Shown here piece after piece: positions 34,858-48,722 of a DNA stretch of 64,000 nt; position 1 is the stretch's first letter, and every line of letters starts with the position of its first letter. This DNA comes from Takakia lepidozioides (taxonomy: Eukaryota > Plantae > Bryophyta): positions 32,364,001-32,428,000 of the forward strand of contig CM060731.1 in the NCBI GenBank assembly GCA_030704615.1. The letters run 5' to 3'. A program made the translations under genes and the position numbers. The notes under the pieces are model-generated. The model had not been told where the DNA came from. It searched no databases and saw only the letters and a program-made list of their open reading frames with translations.

Positions 34858-37045
34858 ATGGTGAAGCGGAAGGTCTTCAAAGTGACAGTCCCTCTCACTG
34901 AGTACAAGAAGTTCCGAGAGCGCCGGATTGCTACCATAAAGGAGGTGGAATCAACGTTCAAGCAGTCGATAGATGGGTGAGTTTAGTTCCTGACTTTGGA
35001 TACCCACCCACTAAACTTGCGATTTGCCTTATCCTCTAACCTTCCTACAGCGATCATAAGCTTCATAGCACAAATGGGGGCGAGTAGCTGAACTTGTACA
35101 AACAGAGAGGCAAACAACATGCAGTGAGTGACGATTAGGTTTGAGGAGGGTGTGTCATTAGGCGGGAGATGTCCGCCGTCATTCGTTGGGCAAGCTTTAC
35201 GTCCTGGTAGGGTGCGGTTGTGGTTCAGCGTAGGCTTACGAGTATTAGGGTATGTATGCTTACATTTGTTTGTGATTGTTTGAGAGGGAGGTCATGGAGG
35301 TGTTTGTGCAAGCTTGCGGGAGCGAATCGCCCTCGCAAGCCATGCGCTCCGAAGGAAAAAACTAGGGATCAAGGTCCTGCAAGGCAAAGTGCCAGCCTGA
35401 AGACGATGAAGACTACGATTCTGCATGAGGGCTCTTCTGAGGACGATGAGGACGATCCACTCCTCCCACGCCGGTGCGAGGCGAGTGCGTCGTCGGCGGA
35501 TGCCACGGCAAGCCGAGGAGAACATGCCCATGCTCATGTCGCAGGACAAAAATGCCCATCATCTACACTACGAACACCTTCTCCGTCTGTGAGTTATAGT
35601 TCTTCACAATGACCATGATTCAAATTATGTATGTTTTTGGTAAAATCACGAAGAGATAGGGTATGTCTATCAAGACAGGGAAGTTGGACAATGCAGGGGT
35701 CAGCCAAGGCACAATCACAAATGATTTCCATTAGACAAGTTGAAGTGCCAAAGGCATGATGTCAGGCCAATGTAGACTTTAGGTGTGTTCAAATTCTTTG
35801 CCCCATGAAACCAACGTCCTGGTACTAAGCTACAATGGCTACTTATAGAGATACTTGGGTTACTTATGCACCCAGAATATCAGTAAAACTTGGAGGGATA
35901 CTTCTCATGGACCCATCAGGTTTGTCCATTTGAATTCTTGCTATGGATTTCAGGAACACCCCATACCTAAGAGGGCTAAAAAATGTACTGGGAGGACATC
36001 ATTGGGGCCAATCAAATTTGGGAGATTTACTGCCCAAGATCATACTGAGTTTTGGGTAATCTTGTCTTTACAAATGATATGTGCTTCGAGTTTGTTTTTC
36101 CTGAATTCAAGGATTTGCTGCTTGCTGCCTATATGTATGTGTAATCACCCACATTGTACTGGGGGAATTTCTTTTCAGGGCAAGCACAAGCGCACTGGAT
36201 CCACGATCCCTGCTGCTAGCAATGGAGATGGCGCCCACAAGAATGCAGGAGGTGGCCCTAACTCTCCAACGTTGTGGGTTTTGTGCCACCAGTACCCCCA
36301 CCTTATTATGGTATGCCTCAGTACCCACAGTCTGGCACTCAGTATGGTCGGGGTCAATATGGTGCTCCTCCATATGGGCAGTATGGCCAGTATCCTCCTC
36401 CACCATATTTGCCACCCCCTAATAGCTATGGGGGTGGCAAGCCACCAGAATATCCTCCTGCTTATGGATAGTATGGCCAGTATGGTCCTCGGCCTTCTGG
36501 CCAACAGCCATGGCCACCAGTCCCTACTTGGCAGGATCCTGCTTTGAATTCTCCTGAGCGCACGGAGGTCTCTGAAGGAGGGGAGGGTGCCGTTTCAAAG
36601 AATGATAGAACCAATGCTTTAAGGAGGGCTAATAGCTCAGCCAAAATTGAAGCTGCCAAGGTCAAGGAAGAGAGAATAGCTGCAGGTCTTCCTCCCACGG
36701 TGATTTTGACGAACCTCAAAGGAGCCCCGTATGGTCAGACCCGGAATGTATGGCACGCTGCCCTTAAAGGACAGGCTTATCGCAAGCTAGATTGTTCCCT
36801 TGCCATCAACAACCAACCTGATGAAGTTGTATACGAAATCAAAGATCACCTGGCTAAGCTATTTTCATATATGCCACACGAGTTAAAAGACTTCCACCTA
36901 AAACAAACAATTGGCAGAATAATGAAGAGCCAGCGTTATGAAGCACACACTGCGTGGTTGGGTGGTAAGGGGAAACCCATTACTGTATCTGATGAGGTAT
37001 GGAACAAGCTTGTAAGTTACTGGCAGACAGAGGTGTTCCACAAAG
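34858..37045 (+). pseudogene. CACTA element 2 tnpA-like gene, 5' part (interrupted by MULE2)
   Basis: Multi-exon; Pro/Tyr/Gly-rich segment, then VSDEVWNKLVSYWQTEVFHK, resembling the Ptta/En/Spm (Transposase_24-like) W..LV.YW motif. Confidence 0.7.
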
Positions 37046-37835
37046 GGGGGGTGCTATTCCGTGAGCCTGGAGGCGTGAGCCTGTGAGCCCAGGAAAGCGT
37101 GAGCCCAGCACAGGCTCACGCCACGTCAGCATGCAAACAGTGCCTATTTCCGCGGATGTCACCTATTTCCGAGTGGGGTCACCTATTTCCGCGGGTTGAT
37201 GTGGGGAGAATTGAGAATTGAGAACAAAGTGGTTTGTTTGTTTTTGCAATGTACTCAAGTCTGTGAGGTCCACAAAACAACAAATATATTGAAGGAACAA
37301 TCCGGGCAGTCCATGCAACCCCCATCTCCAACAATAGTTTGGAACCATGAATGTGAATTCCATGCACACATTGCAAAGAGGACAATAAGGACACACAACC
37401 ATCCCATTTCAAATTTGTCCCAGAATTAAACCAAAAGAATACTTCATATCAAGTGTCGCAATCATCACAATCAATGTCCACCTCCTGTGCTATGTCATCT
37501 ACAAAGATTCTGGCCCCAACACCACGTGTTCTACGAAGGCCATCGCAAGGTGGACTCTGAGTGCCATGAACGGACATGCTTGCTGCGAGTGCCTCCGCAT
37601 AGACAGGTAGCACACAAGACCGAGGAGGACTGAAAACAAGTCCAAATAGGTGTGATAGCCCAGGAGGGCAAGTGGAAGCACGCGGACTCCTACACATGTC
37701 CACAAAATTCCATTTTTAACACAATGATGCAATGCACAAGTCCAACGAAGAGGATGTCTCCCATTTGCACTTTGCCTCAAGAACAGCGATTCTCAATAAT
37801 GAAACAACAATGCAAGCATGCACAGGTTCAACTTA

Positions 37836-40800
37836 CTCACAGGCAAAGTCGGAGTCCAGCTCCTTGTCAGAAGTCTCCTCTGTACCAGTATCAGCGGGAC
37901 GGGGCTTCGGAAGGACCTGAGAAGTGTGTCCACCCAAACCCATCAGGAGGTTCTTGTAAATCTCAGCATCCCCTTCAATCCCAAAGACATGTCGCGCACT
38001 GGCCTTGCAAGCGTGGTACGAAGCACCTGCAGTGGAATAGAATGAAGTAAGCAGACATTGAAGACACATTCGGAACGGTGGAAAGTGCTGAAAGTGCAAG
38101 CTCAATCAAACCTCATGAAATGTGAATGTTGAAGGGACGAACCTGTGCCCATCGACAAATCCAGAACTCTGGCGTCTGTGTAGGTGCAGCACTCCACAAT
38201 CGTTTGAATGAAAGCCGGGCTCCTCTCCCTCGCCCCTCTCCAAGGAACCCCATTCCCCCTTCGCAAGCACACGTTGCTGTCGACGTAGTTGTGATGCATG
38301 TCATCCGTGGGAGGATCTGTCCTGTCATCTATGAACTTGCCCCCGTGAGTGATGGCAAACTCCGTAATGCCGGCCGGAGTCGTTGGTGGATGCACCCGGA
38401 CGAGACAAACAGCTTCAAACAGACGAGTCTGCGAACATGACATCCAGAAGGAACTAAGAACCAAAATAAAATCGGGCCCCTACATATGAGTTTGAGCGAC
38501 CTACACAACACAATCCCAGAACAAAAAAGAAGAGGAAGAAGAAGGGAAACTCACCATCTCTCCCGGACGATCCCCCTTCGTAAGGTACATGCTGTTCACA
38601 CAATTCCATGTCTTCACGACTCTCATGCCCGAGGCTTTCAAATAGCTGGCAAGGGCACGGCGACACCGAACATCGATGGACTGGATGAGAACCAAAACAC
38701 CTGCATCGGAAAGGAAGAAGTTGCAAAAGGAAAAAACCCACCGCCAGTAGCGCTCATCAAATGCATTCCAACCCGGACAAGCACCCGATGGTGGGATATC
38801 CGGGACTGCCAACCCATCAGGGATGTCCAAGATGATGAGTTCCGCTGCATATGGCTTCTCCTTCCCGTTCACCCACGATTTGGTCATTTTAGCCTGCAAA
38901 CAAAAATACAATGGAATTCTGACAAGTTTATAAACGATCCATGCCCACAGCAGACAAAGAGAGCAGAAGCCACAGAACCCAAAGAGAACACGCACCGTGC
39001 TGAGGAACTCGACAATCCTCTCCCACACTGGTGATGGCTCGCCCTTGTAATCAGATTTCTTCGACTCCATCATGGCAAGGAACCCGACATTGGCAATCTC
39101 CAACCTGGTTGGACGAATGACCCTCGTGGGATGTTCCACTGCATGGTACGGGTCCTTGGGATCAACCACACCCTTGTTTTTTCTCCCGGATCCCCTACCA
39201 TGCGGTGGAGTCTGCTGGACATGCTCCACAGGGCCAATAGCTGCAACACTTCCCTGCCCTTGTGCCACCTTCCCTCTACCCCTTCCCGTCCCCACAACAC
39301 CAGCAACATCTTTTCCCTTTGCCTTTCTTCCTCTACCCGGGGTATCCTGAGCGGGAGGCTCCTTCTCTGCAAGAGTCCTCAGATTACGCTCATGAATGTC
39401 GAGGTCCGCTGCTGCGGCAGTGGCTGCAATACGGTCATTCTCTCTCCTCAAAGACAACTCTACAGCTGGGGTCTCTGAAGGAGGGCAATCCAAATACCAA
39501 CCACAAGAAGAAAGATGGTCCGGACCCCAGTCATGCAAGATCCCAGCAGTGAACATGGTCTGGTTGCCAGCAGGGACAAGCCAAAGGTCCACGAAATCTG
39601 GATGTTTGTCCAAGAAATTCTCTTCCAGGAGAACAAACTTAATGTACCTGCACGAACAGACACAGCCTCATTATCCAATGCACATATTGTGTCCCAGCTT
39701 TTTCAACACACCAGGAAGACCCCCTTAAACAGTATGCCACACAACACATTGCAACCACAACACAAGCAAAGAGTGCAAGGGTGTGCACCTGTAAAGGCAT
39801 CGTTTCCAGGCTTCCTCTCCTTTTTCCTGCTGGTCAAGCTCATTTGTTCGACTGATGCCACCCTCCTTGCTGAACTCTCTAAAGAAACCAGAGTGCCACA
39901 CTGTGGCTCTCCATTTCCTCATGTATGCTTCGAAGGAGACCTTCGGAGCTGTCATAGTGATGCCATAGTCAGCCAGCTGAGTATGCAGAACCGATCGGGC
40001 CCTTTCTTCCAACTGCAAAAAAATTGAAATGGAAGAATGAACCCAAAAACAGTCACAGCGAATGTAAGAGGCAATGGGAAGAGAAGGACAGGAAAAGAGA
40101 AAAGAAAGTGAGATACGAGAGGACATCACACCTGGCTCCAGTAAGTGGCCTTGTGAAGCCAGTTGTCCAGCACATTGTCACTGACAGGAACGACACGCTG
40201 GGTCTTCTTCTCCTTCTCTGGCCTTGGGAACATGTGGGTATCCCTAACTGTGGGATCGGAGTTCCATATCTGCAGCCACTTCACCTTCTGTTCAGAAGAC
40301 ACGACGGCGGTAGACAACCTGTGCAACTTCTCCTGGGCCATCTCCGGCTTGCCTGGCTTGTTATAATGGTTTTTTATCTCCAGCAGAAACTGCGGCCCGA
40401 ATGATGGGTCGGCCATTCTCAACTGCTTCACAAAAGCACTCATTATTGTCCTTCTTGTAGCGTTCATCTCCTTCTGGATGTGACTTTCAACTCCCTTTGC
40501 TGTCCTTCTCTCCTCAGGGGTAGAGCTGTAGTATTCCAGTTTGCCACGCTCCCCTGCATCTGCAATGTCTTGCTGCAAGGGAATGCAAGAGAGTTGCATC
40601 AATCCAAGGTCAAGGGAGACAGAGAGAAACAAACATGTGGAAGCAGGAATATGGAAAGGCCAGATGAAGGAAGATGTATCTCACCGTGTACATGTACTCC
40701 ATGAAAGCCTCACGGGTCAACGAGTACCATGTTTCCGAAGTCTTGGAGCTTTCGCATTTCTTATACATCTCTGCCGAAAGGATGGTCTTGAAGTTGGTCA

Positions 40801-41568
40801 AGGGCATCTGCCCGATCCTTTGTATCCTATACAGTGTGTGAACCAGACTCGTTTTGACATGCGATGTCTCCGTCCCTCTGCAGAATGATATCTGAATTTC
40901 AGAATGTAATTCAAGGACTTCAATCAAGGAAGAACGGAACCAGAAGTGCAACGTGTACAATGAGAAACCAACCTGTTCACATCATTCATTGCCGTCAGAA
41001 GACCCATCATGTTGTCGTCACAATCAAGCACCATCGATCGAACAGAGTAATGCCACTCTTCCTCCTGTGAGTGCAGCCTCCCAATGACAGCCATCCATGC
41101 AAGCAACCGGTGGTTGCCATCCCAAACGTGAAACATCTTCCCCGAGAATACCTGGGTGGAAGGTTTTCTGGAGAGAAGAAGTTCGAAGGATTCGTTCACC
41201 TGTCTCCAAATGGGGTCCCAGGAGTCGACGATTGACTCATCAACAAGGAGCTCGTTACCTCTTGAATCCCTAGTAGAAACGTAAAAGACCGCGGATCCAT
41301 CCAAATACCCATGAACAAACTCGGCCTCCAGCTTGAGAATGTCTTTGACAAGGGGTGGACGAACGACGGGCATGGAAACCAACCTACACAGGGGAATCTT
41401 CAACCTCCCACCAGGAGCAAGCATACTTTGAACCACAAGCTGAGAGTTCACCTTTTGACCCCCCAGCATCTCAGCGGCTTTGCTTTCATAAAACTCATCG
41501 TCAACATCATCTTTGGTCTCCTTCCCCTGACCCTGAGGGACCTCATCCGCCACACTTTGCATTTTCCC
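37836..41568 (-). CDS. gene C: ParB/Srx-like + amino-methyltransferase-like fusion, homolog of gene B; >=8 exons
   Basis: LKIPLCRLVSMPVVR, MFHVWDGNHRLLAW, EKLHRLSTA, ELIILDIPDG, RSPAFIQTIVECCTYTDARVLDLSMGTG|ASYHACKASARHVFGIEGD; GT-AG introns at positions largely shared with gene B; both ends uncertain. Confidence 0.8.
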
Positions 41569-41804
41569 CTGCAAGGTTGTTCACTCAAATTCTTATAAGA
41601 GAGGAATGAAACGTCGACCGATGCATGAAAAAGTGGGATAAAAAGGGAAGTGTTCTTTGAGCTGCCAGATAAGTGTTCATTGATCCTCACGGACATGCAC
41701 TATGTTCCCGATTTACACAGGGAAAGAACATTGAAAAGTTCTGCTCAAATATCTGCCCATGAGGGCCGAAAGTTGCGCCCTTCCATATTCATATGTTCTG
41801 CCTA

Positions 41805-44800
41805 CACAGTGTGCGGTTCCGCAGACTGTTTGAGCTGACAGTGAAGGGTTCATTTTATACTCAAAAATGTGCCCATGAAATCCAAATTTTGCACCCAGAA
41901 ACATTGAAATGCTCAGCTCAAACAGTGTGCGTTGCCGCACACTGTCTGGGCTGGCAGTGAAGGGTTCTTTCACACTCACACAGGTGCCCCTGAAGTCCAA
42001 ATTTTGCACACAGAAACATTGAAATGCTCAGCTCAAACAGTGTGCGTTGCCGCACACTGTCTGAGCTGGCAGTGAAGGGTTCTTTTCACACTCACACAGG
42101 TGCCCATGAAGTCCAAATATTTCACCCAGAAACATTGAAATGCTCAGCTCAAACAGTGTGCGTTGCCGCACACTGTCTGAGCTGGCAGTGAAGGGTTCAT
42201 TTCACACTCACACAGGTGCCCATGAAGTCCAAATATTTCACCCAGAAACATTGAAATGCTCAGCTCAAACAGTGTGCGTTGCCGCACACTGTCTGAGCTG
42301 GCAGTGAAGGGTTCTTTTCACACTCACACGGGTGCCCATGAAGTCCAAATTTTGCACCCAGAAACATTGAAATGCTCAGCTCAAACAGTGTGCGTTGCCG
42401 CACACTGTCTGGCTGGCAGTGAAGGGTCTTTTCACACTCACACAGGTGCCCCTGAAGTCCAAATATTTCACCCAGAAACATTGAAATGCTCAGCTCAAAC
42501 AGTGTGCGTTGCCGCACACTGTCTGAGCTGGCAGTGAAGGGTTCATTTCACACTCACACAGGTGCCCCTGAAGTCCAATTTTGCATCTAGAAACATTGAA
42601 ATGCTCAGCTCAAACAGTGTGCGTTGCCGCACACTGTCTGAGCTGGCAGTGAAGGGTTCTTTTCACACTCACACAGGTGCCCCTGAAGTCCAAATTTTGC
42701 ACCCAGAAACATTGAAATGCTCAGCTCAAACAGTGTGCGTTGCCGCACACTGTCTGAGCTGGCAGTGAAGGGTTCTTTTCACACTCACACAGGTGCCCCT
42801 GAAGTCCAATTTTGCATCCAGAAACATTGAAATGCTCAGCTCAAACAGTGTGCGTTGCCGCACACTGTCTGAGCTGGCAGTGAAGGGTTCATTTCACACT
42901 CACACAGGTGCCCCTGAAGTCCAAATATTTCACCCAGAAACATTGAAATGCTCAGCTCAAACAGTGTGCGTTGCCGCACACTGTCTGAGCTGGCAGTGAA
43001 GGGTTCTTTTCACACTCACACAGGTGCCCCTGAAGTCCAAATATTTCACCCAGAAACATTGAAATGCTCAGCTCAAACAGTGTGCGTTGCCGCACACTGT
43101 CTGAGCTGGCAGTGAAGGGTTCTTTTCACACTCACACAGGTGCCCCTGAAGTCCAAATATTTCACCCAGAAACATTGAAAATGCTCAGCTCAAACAGTGT
43201 GCGTTGCCGCACACTGTCTGAGCTGGCAGTGAAGGGTTCTTTTCACACTCACCACAGGTGCCCCTGAAGTCCAAATTTCACCCAGAAACATTGAAATGCT
43301 CAGCTCAAACAGTGTGCGTTGCCGCACACTGTCTGAGCTGGCAGTGAAGGGTTCATTTCACACTCACACAGGTGCCCCTGAAGTCCAAATTTTGCACCAG
43401 AAACATTGAAATGCTCAGCTCAAACAGTGTGCGTTGCCGCACACTGTCTGAGCTGGCAGTGAAGGGTTCTTTTCACACTCACACAGGTGCCCCTGAAGTC
43501 CAAAATTTCACCCAGAAACATTGAAATGCTCAGCTCAAACAGTGTGCGTTGCCGCACACTGTCTGAGCTGGCAGTGAAGGGTTCTTTTCACACTCACACA
43601 GGTGCCCCTGAAGTCCAAATATTTCACCCAGAAACATTTGAAATGCTCAGCTCAAACAGTGTGCGTTGCCGCACACTGTCTCAGCTGGCAGTGAAGGGTT
43701 CTTTTCACACTCACACGGGTGCCCATGAAGTCCAAATTTTGCACCCAGAAAAACATTGAAATGCTCAGCTCAAACAGTGGCGTTGCCGCACACTGTTGGG
43801 CTGGCAGTGAAGGGTCTTTTCACACTCACACAGGTGCCCCTGAAGTCCAAATATTTCACCCTAGAAACATTGAAATGCTCAGCTCAAACAGTGTGCGTTG
43901 CCGCACACTGTTTGAGCTGGCAGTGAAGGGTTCTTTTCACACTCACACAGGTGCCCCTGAAGTCCAAATATTTCACCCAGAAACATTGAAATGCTCAGCT
44001 CAAACAGTGTGCGTTGCCGCACACTGTCTGAGCTGGCAGTGAAGGGTTCTTTTCACACTCACACAGGTGCCCTGAAGTCCAAATATTCACCCAGAAACAT
44101 TGAAATGCTCAGTCAACAGTGTGCGTTGCGCACTGTCTGAGCTTGGCAGTGAAGGGTTCTTTCACACTCCACAGGTGCCCATGAAGTCCAAATATTTCAC
44201 ACAGAAACATTGAAATGCTCAGCTCAAACAGTGTGCGTGCCGCACACTGTCTGAGCTGGCAGTGAAGGGTTCTTTCACACTCAACAGGTGCCCCTGAAGT
44301 CCAATATTTCACCCAGAAACATTGAAATGCTCAGCTCAAACAGTGTGCGTTGCGACACTGTCTGAGCTGGCAGTGAAGGGTTCTTTTCACACTCACACGG
44401 GTGCCCATGAATCAAAATTTGCACCCGAAGAGAAACATTGAAATGCTCAGCCTCAAACAGTGTGCGTTGCCGCACACTGTCTGGGCTGGCAGTGAAGGGT
44501 TCTTTCACACTACACAGGTGTCCTGAAGTCCAAATCTGTCACCCGAAAAGAAACATTAAAAAAATGCTCAGCTCAAACAGTGTGCGTTGCCGCACACTGT
44601 CTGAGCTGGCAGTGAAGGGTTCTTTTCACACTCACACAGTGCCCCTGAAGTCCAAATATTCACCCAGAAGAACATTGATGAAATGATAGCTCAAACAGTG
44701 GCATTGCCAGCACACGGTCTGAGCTGGCAGTGAAGGGTTCTTTTCACACTCACACAGGTGCCCCTGAAGTCCAAATATTTCACCCAGAAACATTGAAATG

Positions 44801-47160
44801 CTCAGCTCAAACAGTGTGCGTTGCCGCACACTGTCTGAGCTGGCAGTGAAGGGTTCTTTTCACACTCACACACAGGTGCCCTGAAGTCCAAATTATGCAC
44901 CAGAAACATTGAAATGCTCAGCTCAAACAGTGTGCGTTGCCGCACACTGTCTGAGCTGGCAGTGAAGGGTTCTTTTCACACTCACACAGGTGCCCCTGAA
45001 GTCCAAATATTTCACCCAGAAACATTGAAATGCTCAGCTCAAACAGTGTGCGTTGCCGCACACTGTCTGAGCTGGCAGTGAAGGGTTCATTTCACACTCA
45101 CACAGGTGCCCCTGAAGTCCAAATTTTCACCCCCAGAACATTGAAATGCTCAGCTCAAACAGTGTGCGTTGCCGCACACTGTCTGAGCTGGCAGTGAAGG
45201 GTTCTTTTCACACTCACACAGGTGCCCCTGAAGTCCAAATATTTCACCCAGAAACATTGAAATGCTCAGCTCAAACAGTGTGCGTTGCCGCACACTGTCT
45301 GAGCTGGCAGTGAAGGGTTCTTTTCACACTCACACAGGTGCCCCTGAAGTCCAAATATTTCACCCAGAAACATTGAAATGCTCAGCTCAAACAGTGTGCG
45401 TTGCCGCACACTGTCTGAGCTGGCAGTGAAGGGTTCTTTTCACACTCACACAGGTGCCCCTGAAGTCCAAATATTTCACCCAGAAACATTGAAATGCTCA
45501 GCTCAAACAGTGTGCGTTGCCGCACACTGTCTGAGCTGGCAGTGAAGGGTCTTTTCACACTCACACAGGTGCCCCTGAAGTCCAAATATTTCACCCAGAA
45601 ACATTGAAATGCTCAGCTCAAACAGTGTGCGTTGCCGCACACTGTCTGAGCTGGCAGTGAAGGGTTCTTTTTCACACTCACACAGGTGCCCCTGAAGTCC
45701 AAATATTCACCCAGAAACATTGAAATGCTCAGCTCAAACAGTGTGCGTTGCCGCACACTGTCTGAGCTGGCAGTGAAGGGTTCTTTTCACACTCACACAG
45801 GTGCCCCTGAAGTCCAAATATTTCACCCAAAAAGAAACATTGAAATGCTCAGCTCAAACAGTGTGCGTTGCCGCACACTGTCTGAGCTGGCAGTGAAGGG
45901 TTCTTTTCACACTCACACAGGTGCCCCTGAAGTCCAATATTTCACCCAGAAACATTGAAATGCTCAGCTCAAACAGTGTGCGTTGCCGCATACTGTCTGA
46001 GCTGGCAGTGAAGGGTTCTTTTCACACTCACACAGGTGCCCCTGAAGTCCAAATTTTCACCCAGAAACATTGAAATGCTCAGCTCAAACAGTGTGCGTTG
46101 CCGCTGTCTGAGCTGGCTCTTTCACACTTGAAGGGAAATGCTACACACCTTTCCCCAGAATTTTTTGAAATGCTCAGCTCAAACAGTGTGCGTTGCCGCA
46201 CACTGTCTGGCAGTGAAGGGTTCTTTCACACTCACACAGGTGCCCTGAAGTCCAAAATTTACCCAGCTCAAACAACAATGCTTGGGGCTGCAACACTGTC
46301 TGAGCTGGCTTCTTTTCACACTCACACAGGTGCCTGAAGTCCAAATTTCACCCAGAACATTGAAATGCTCAGCTCAAACAGTGTGCGTTGCCGCACACTG
46401 TCTGAGCTGGCAGTGAAGGGTTTTTTCACACTCACACAGGTGCCCCTGAAGTCCAAATATTTCACCCAGAAACATTGAAATGCTCAGCTCAAACAGTGTG
46501 CGTTGCCGCACACTGTCTGAGCTGGCAGTGAAGGGTTCTTTTCACACTCACACAGGTGCCCCTGAAGTCCAAATTTTGCACCAGAAACATTGAAATGCTC
46601 AGCTCAAACAGTGTGCGTTGCCGCACACAGTGAAGGGACAGGTGCCCCTGAAGTCCAATTTTGCATCCAGAAACATTGAAATGCTCAGCTCAAACAGTGT
46701 GCGTTGCCGCACACTGTCTGAGCTGGCAGTGAAGGGTTCATTTCACACTTCAAGACCAAATTTTGAACCCTAAAACATTGAAAAGGTCTGCTCAAACATT
46801 GTGCGTTGCCGCACGCTGTTTGAGCTGGTTTTGAAGGGTTCATTTCAACCTCAGATAACAGACAGCAAAGACCAAATTTTTGAAATGCCCAGCTCAAACA
46901 GTGTGCGTTGCCGCACACTGTCTGAGCTGGCAGTGAAGGGTTCATTTCACACTCACACAGGTGCCCCTGAAGTCCAAATTTTGCACCCATAAACATTGAA
47001 ATGCTCAGCTCAAACAGTGTGCGTTGCCGCACAAAGTGAAGGGTTCTTTTCACACTCACACAGGTGCCCCTGAAGTTTTGCACCCAGAAACATTGAAATG
47101 CTCAGCTCAAACAGTGTGCGTTGCCGCACAGGCAGTGAAGGGTTCGTTTCACCCTCACAT
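41805..47160. repeat. 116-bp tandem satellite, ~46 copies, each with a 40-bp near-perfect palindrome
   Basis: Unit starts at 42127, 42243, 42359...; contains CAGCTCAAACAGTGTGCG-TTGC-CGCACACTGTCTGAGCTG (arms 17/18 complementary). Confidence 0.97.
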
Positions 47161-48722
47161 AACAGACATCAAGACCAAATTTTGCAAGACCAATGGTTCT
47201 TTCTTTCACAAATACCTGCCATTCAAAGCCGAATTCTTCACAAATATGGGTCGTGTGGATTTTACCTTTTTCGTAGCTACTCGAGAAGACTCCCCAGTTG
47301 CCGGGGACGCTTTCCGCTTGGGGCTGCTCTCTTCGCCGACTATGTAGGTGAGCCTCTCCCCCTTCCTCTTTCCCGTGGTCAGATCGTTCGTGAGGCCAGT
47401 GTCAACATCTTCCTCCATGTCGTCTGTCTCTCCCTCAGACGCAGTGTCCTCTCCTGTTCCTGGAACTATGGTGGGTTGTTGTGTTCTCCAGATTCCTGCT
47501 CCTCCATCGCCACACTTTCCTGTATTCCCTCTTTTCCTCCTTTTCCTCTTCCTCCACTCTTTCCATCCTCATTCTATATCTAGCTCTATTCCTGTTTCTA
47601 GAACTCGTGAAGTATAATGACTTCCTTCTCTTTCTCCTCCGCTGGAAACAAGGGCTCCCCACGATGCCCCTGGAGCTCTCCAGTTTGACGTTTGCAACAA
47701 GTTCTGGTATCGCATGTAACAAAAATAAAAATGGACGTTGTCAACCGTATTTGGATGCGGGTGTTGATATTGTGTGCGAACGGAATTCATCCATTTTGTC
47801 GTCTTTGTATTACCCAGCTAATAAAGCGCCGAAGAAAAAGAATATCCGTTGCATGCATTTGCGATATATGTCAGATGTGCTTCGCCGCCTGCCAATACAT
47901 GGCGGCCTCCTTGCCTTCTTTCAAATTCGAATGCGCCGTAGAAATGTAGTGCTTTTTCAATTCCGAGCAGTTCTTCCAGATTCGCAATAATTGTTATGCT
48001 TCACATATGCATCCACGTGTGTGTTGTGCTGCATGCCCTGTGGTTTTTTTTATGCCGTGACCGTCCCCATGGGGTCATTCGGTATAAAGGATTGTGTCGG
48101 ATATGACCATGTGTTGCACACATTCGTGCGAGGTATCTCTTGAAGTGTCGGTGTTTGTTCTGTGCTATTTCTGGCGCAACACAATCTCATTACAATCGGA
48201 TCTTCTGTTTACTGCTCTCAGGGTTGTTGGTCATTTCATAATGGATGGTTCATGTCAATTTCAGGGTTTTGTTTCCATCCAAAAACAGTACGGCTTCTTG
48301 TGGCTCTGGTCTTTCAAAACCGTTTTTCTGGTTGGTGGGAGGTGAATGTGCACGTCATCCCTACATCCTTGGCATGCATCGCCGGCAGCCTTGGGTTTGG
48401 TGCTACCCTTGTTGACCTCAGTTTGCTGGTATTTCCACTTTCGATAATTACGGGCTCTCAGTTCGGGGATTCCGTTCTGCATCGGCAGTTTCGTTCGCTG
48501 GAAAACATGTCGAGGGAGCGAGATGCACTCGCTCGATTCCATTCCAATGCAGGTACTCTTCCACTGACTGCCACTGCAGACGACGATGGGTATGCAGTTG
48601 TTCATGAGGATGAGCTGGTTACAGTGTTCCCTGGAGTTGGGTTCTCTGCTTGTTCAGAAAGAGGTGTATGACGAGGATGGGAATTTGGATTCTGGGCACT
48701 TGGAGAAACCCTTGGTTGGCGA

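Noticed and set aside
41805-47160. Short ORFs in the satellite, or a CRISPR/centromeric interpretation
   Set aside because: The ORFs are translations of the repeat unit; there are no unique spacers; the array lies wholly within a TSD-bounded transposon, with no evidence for centromere function
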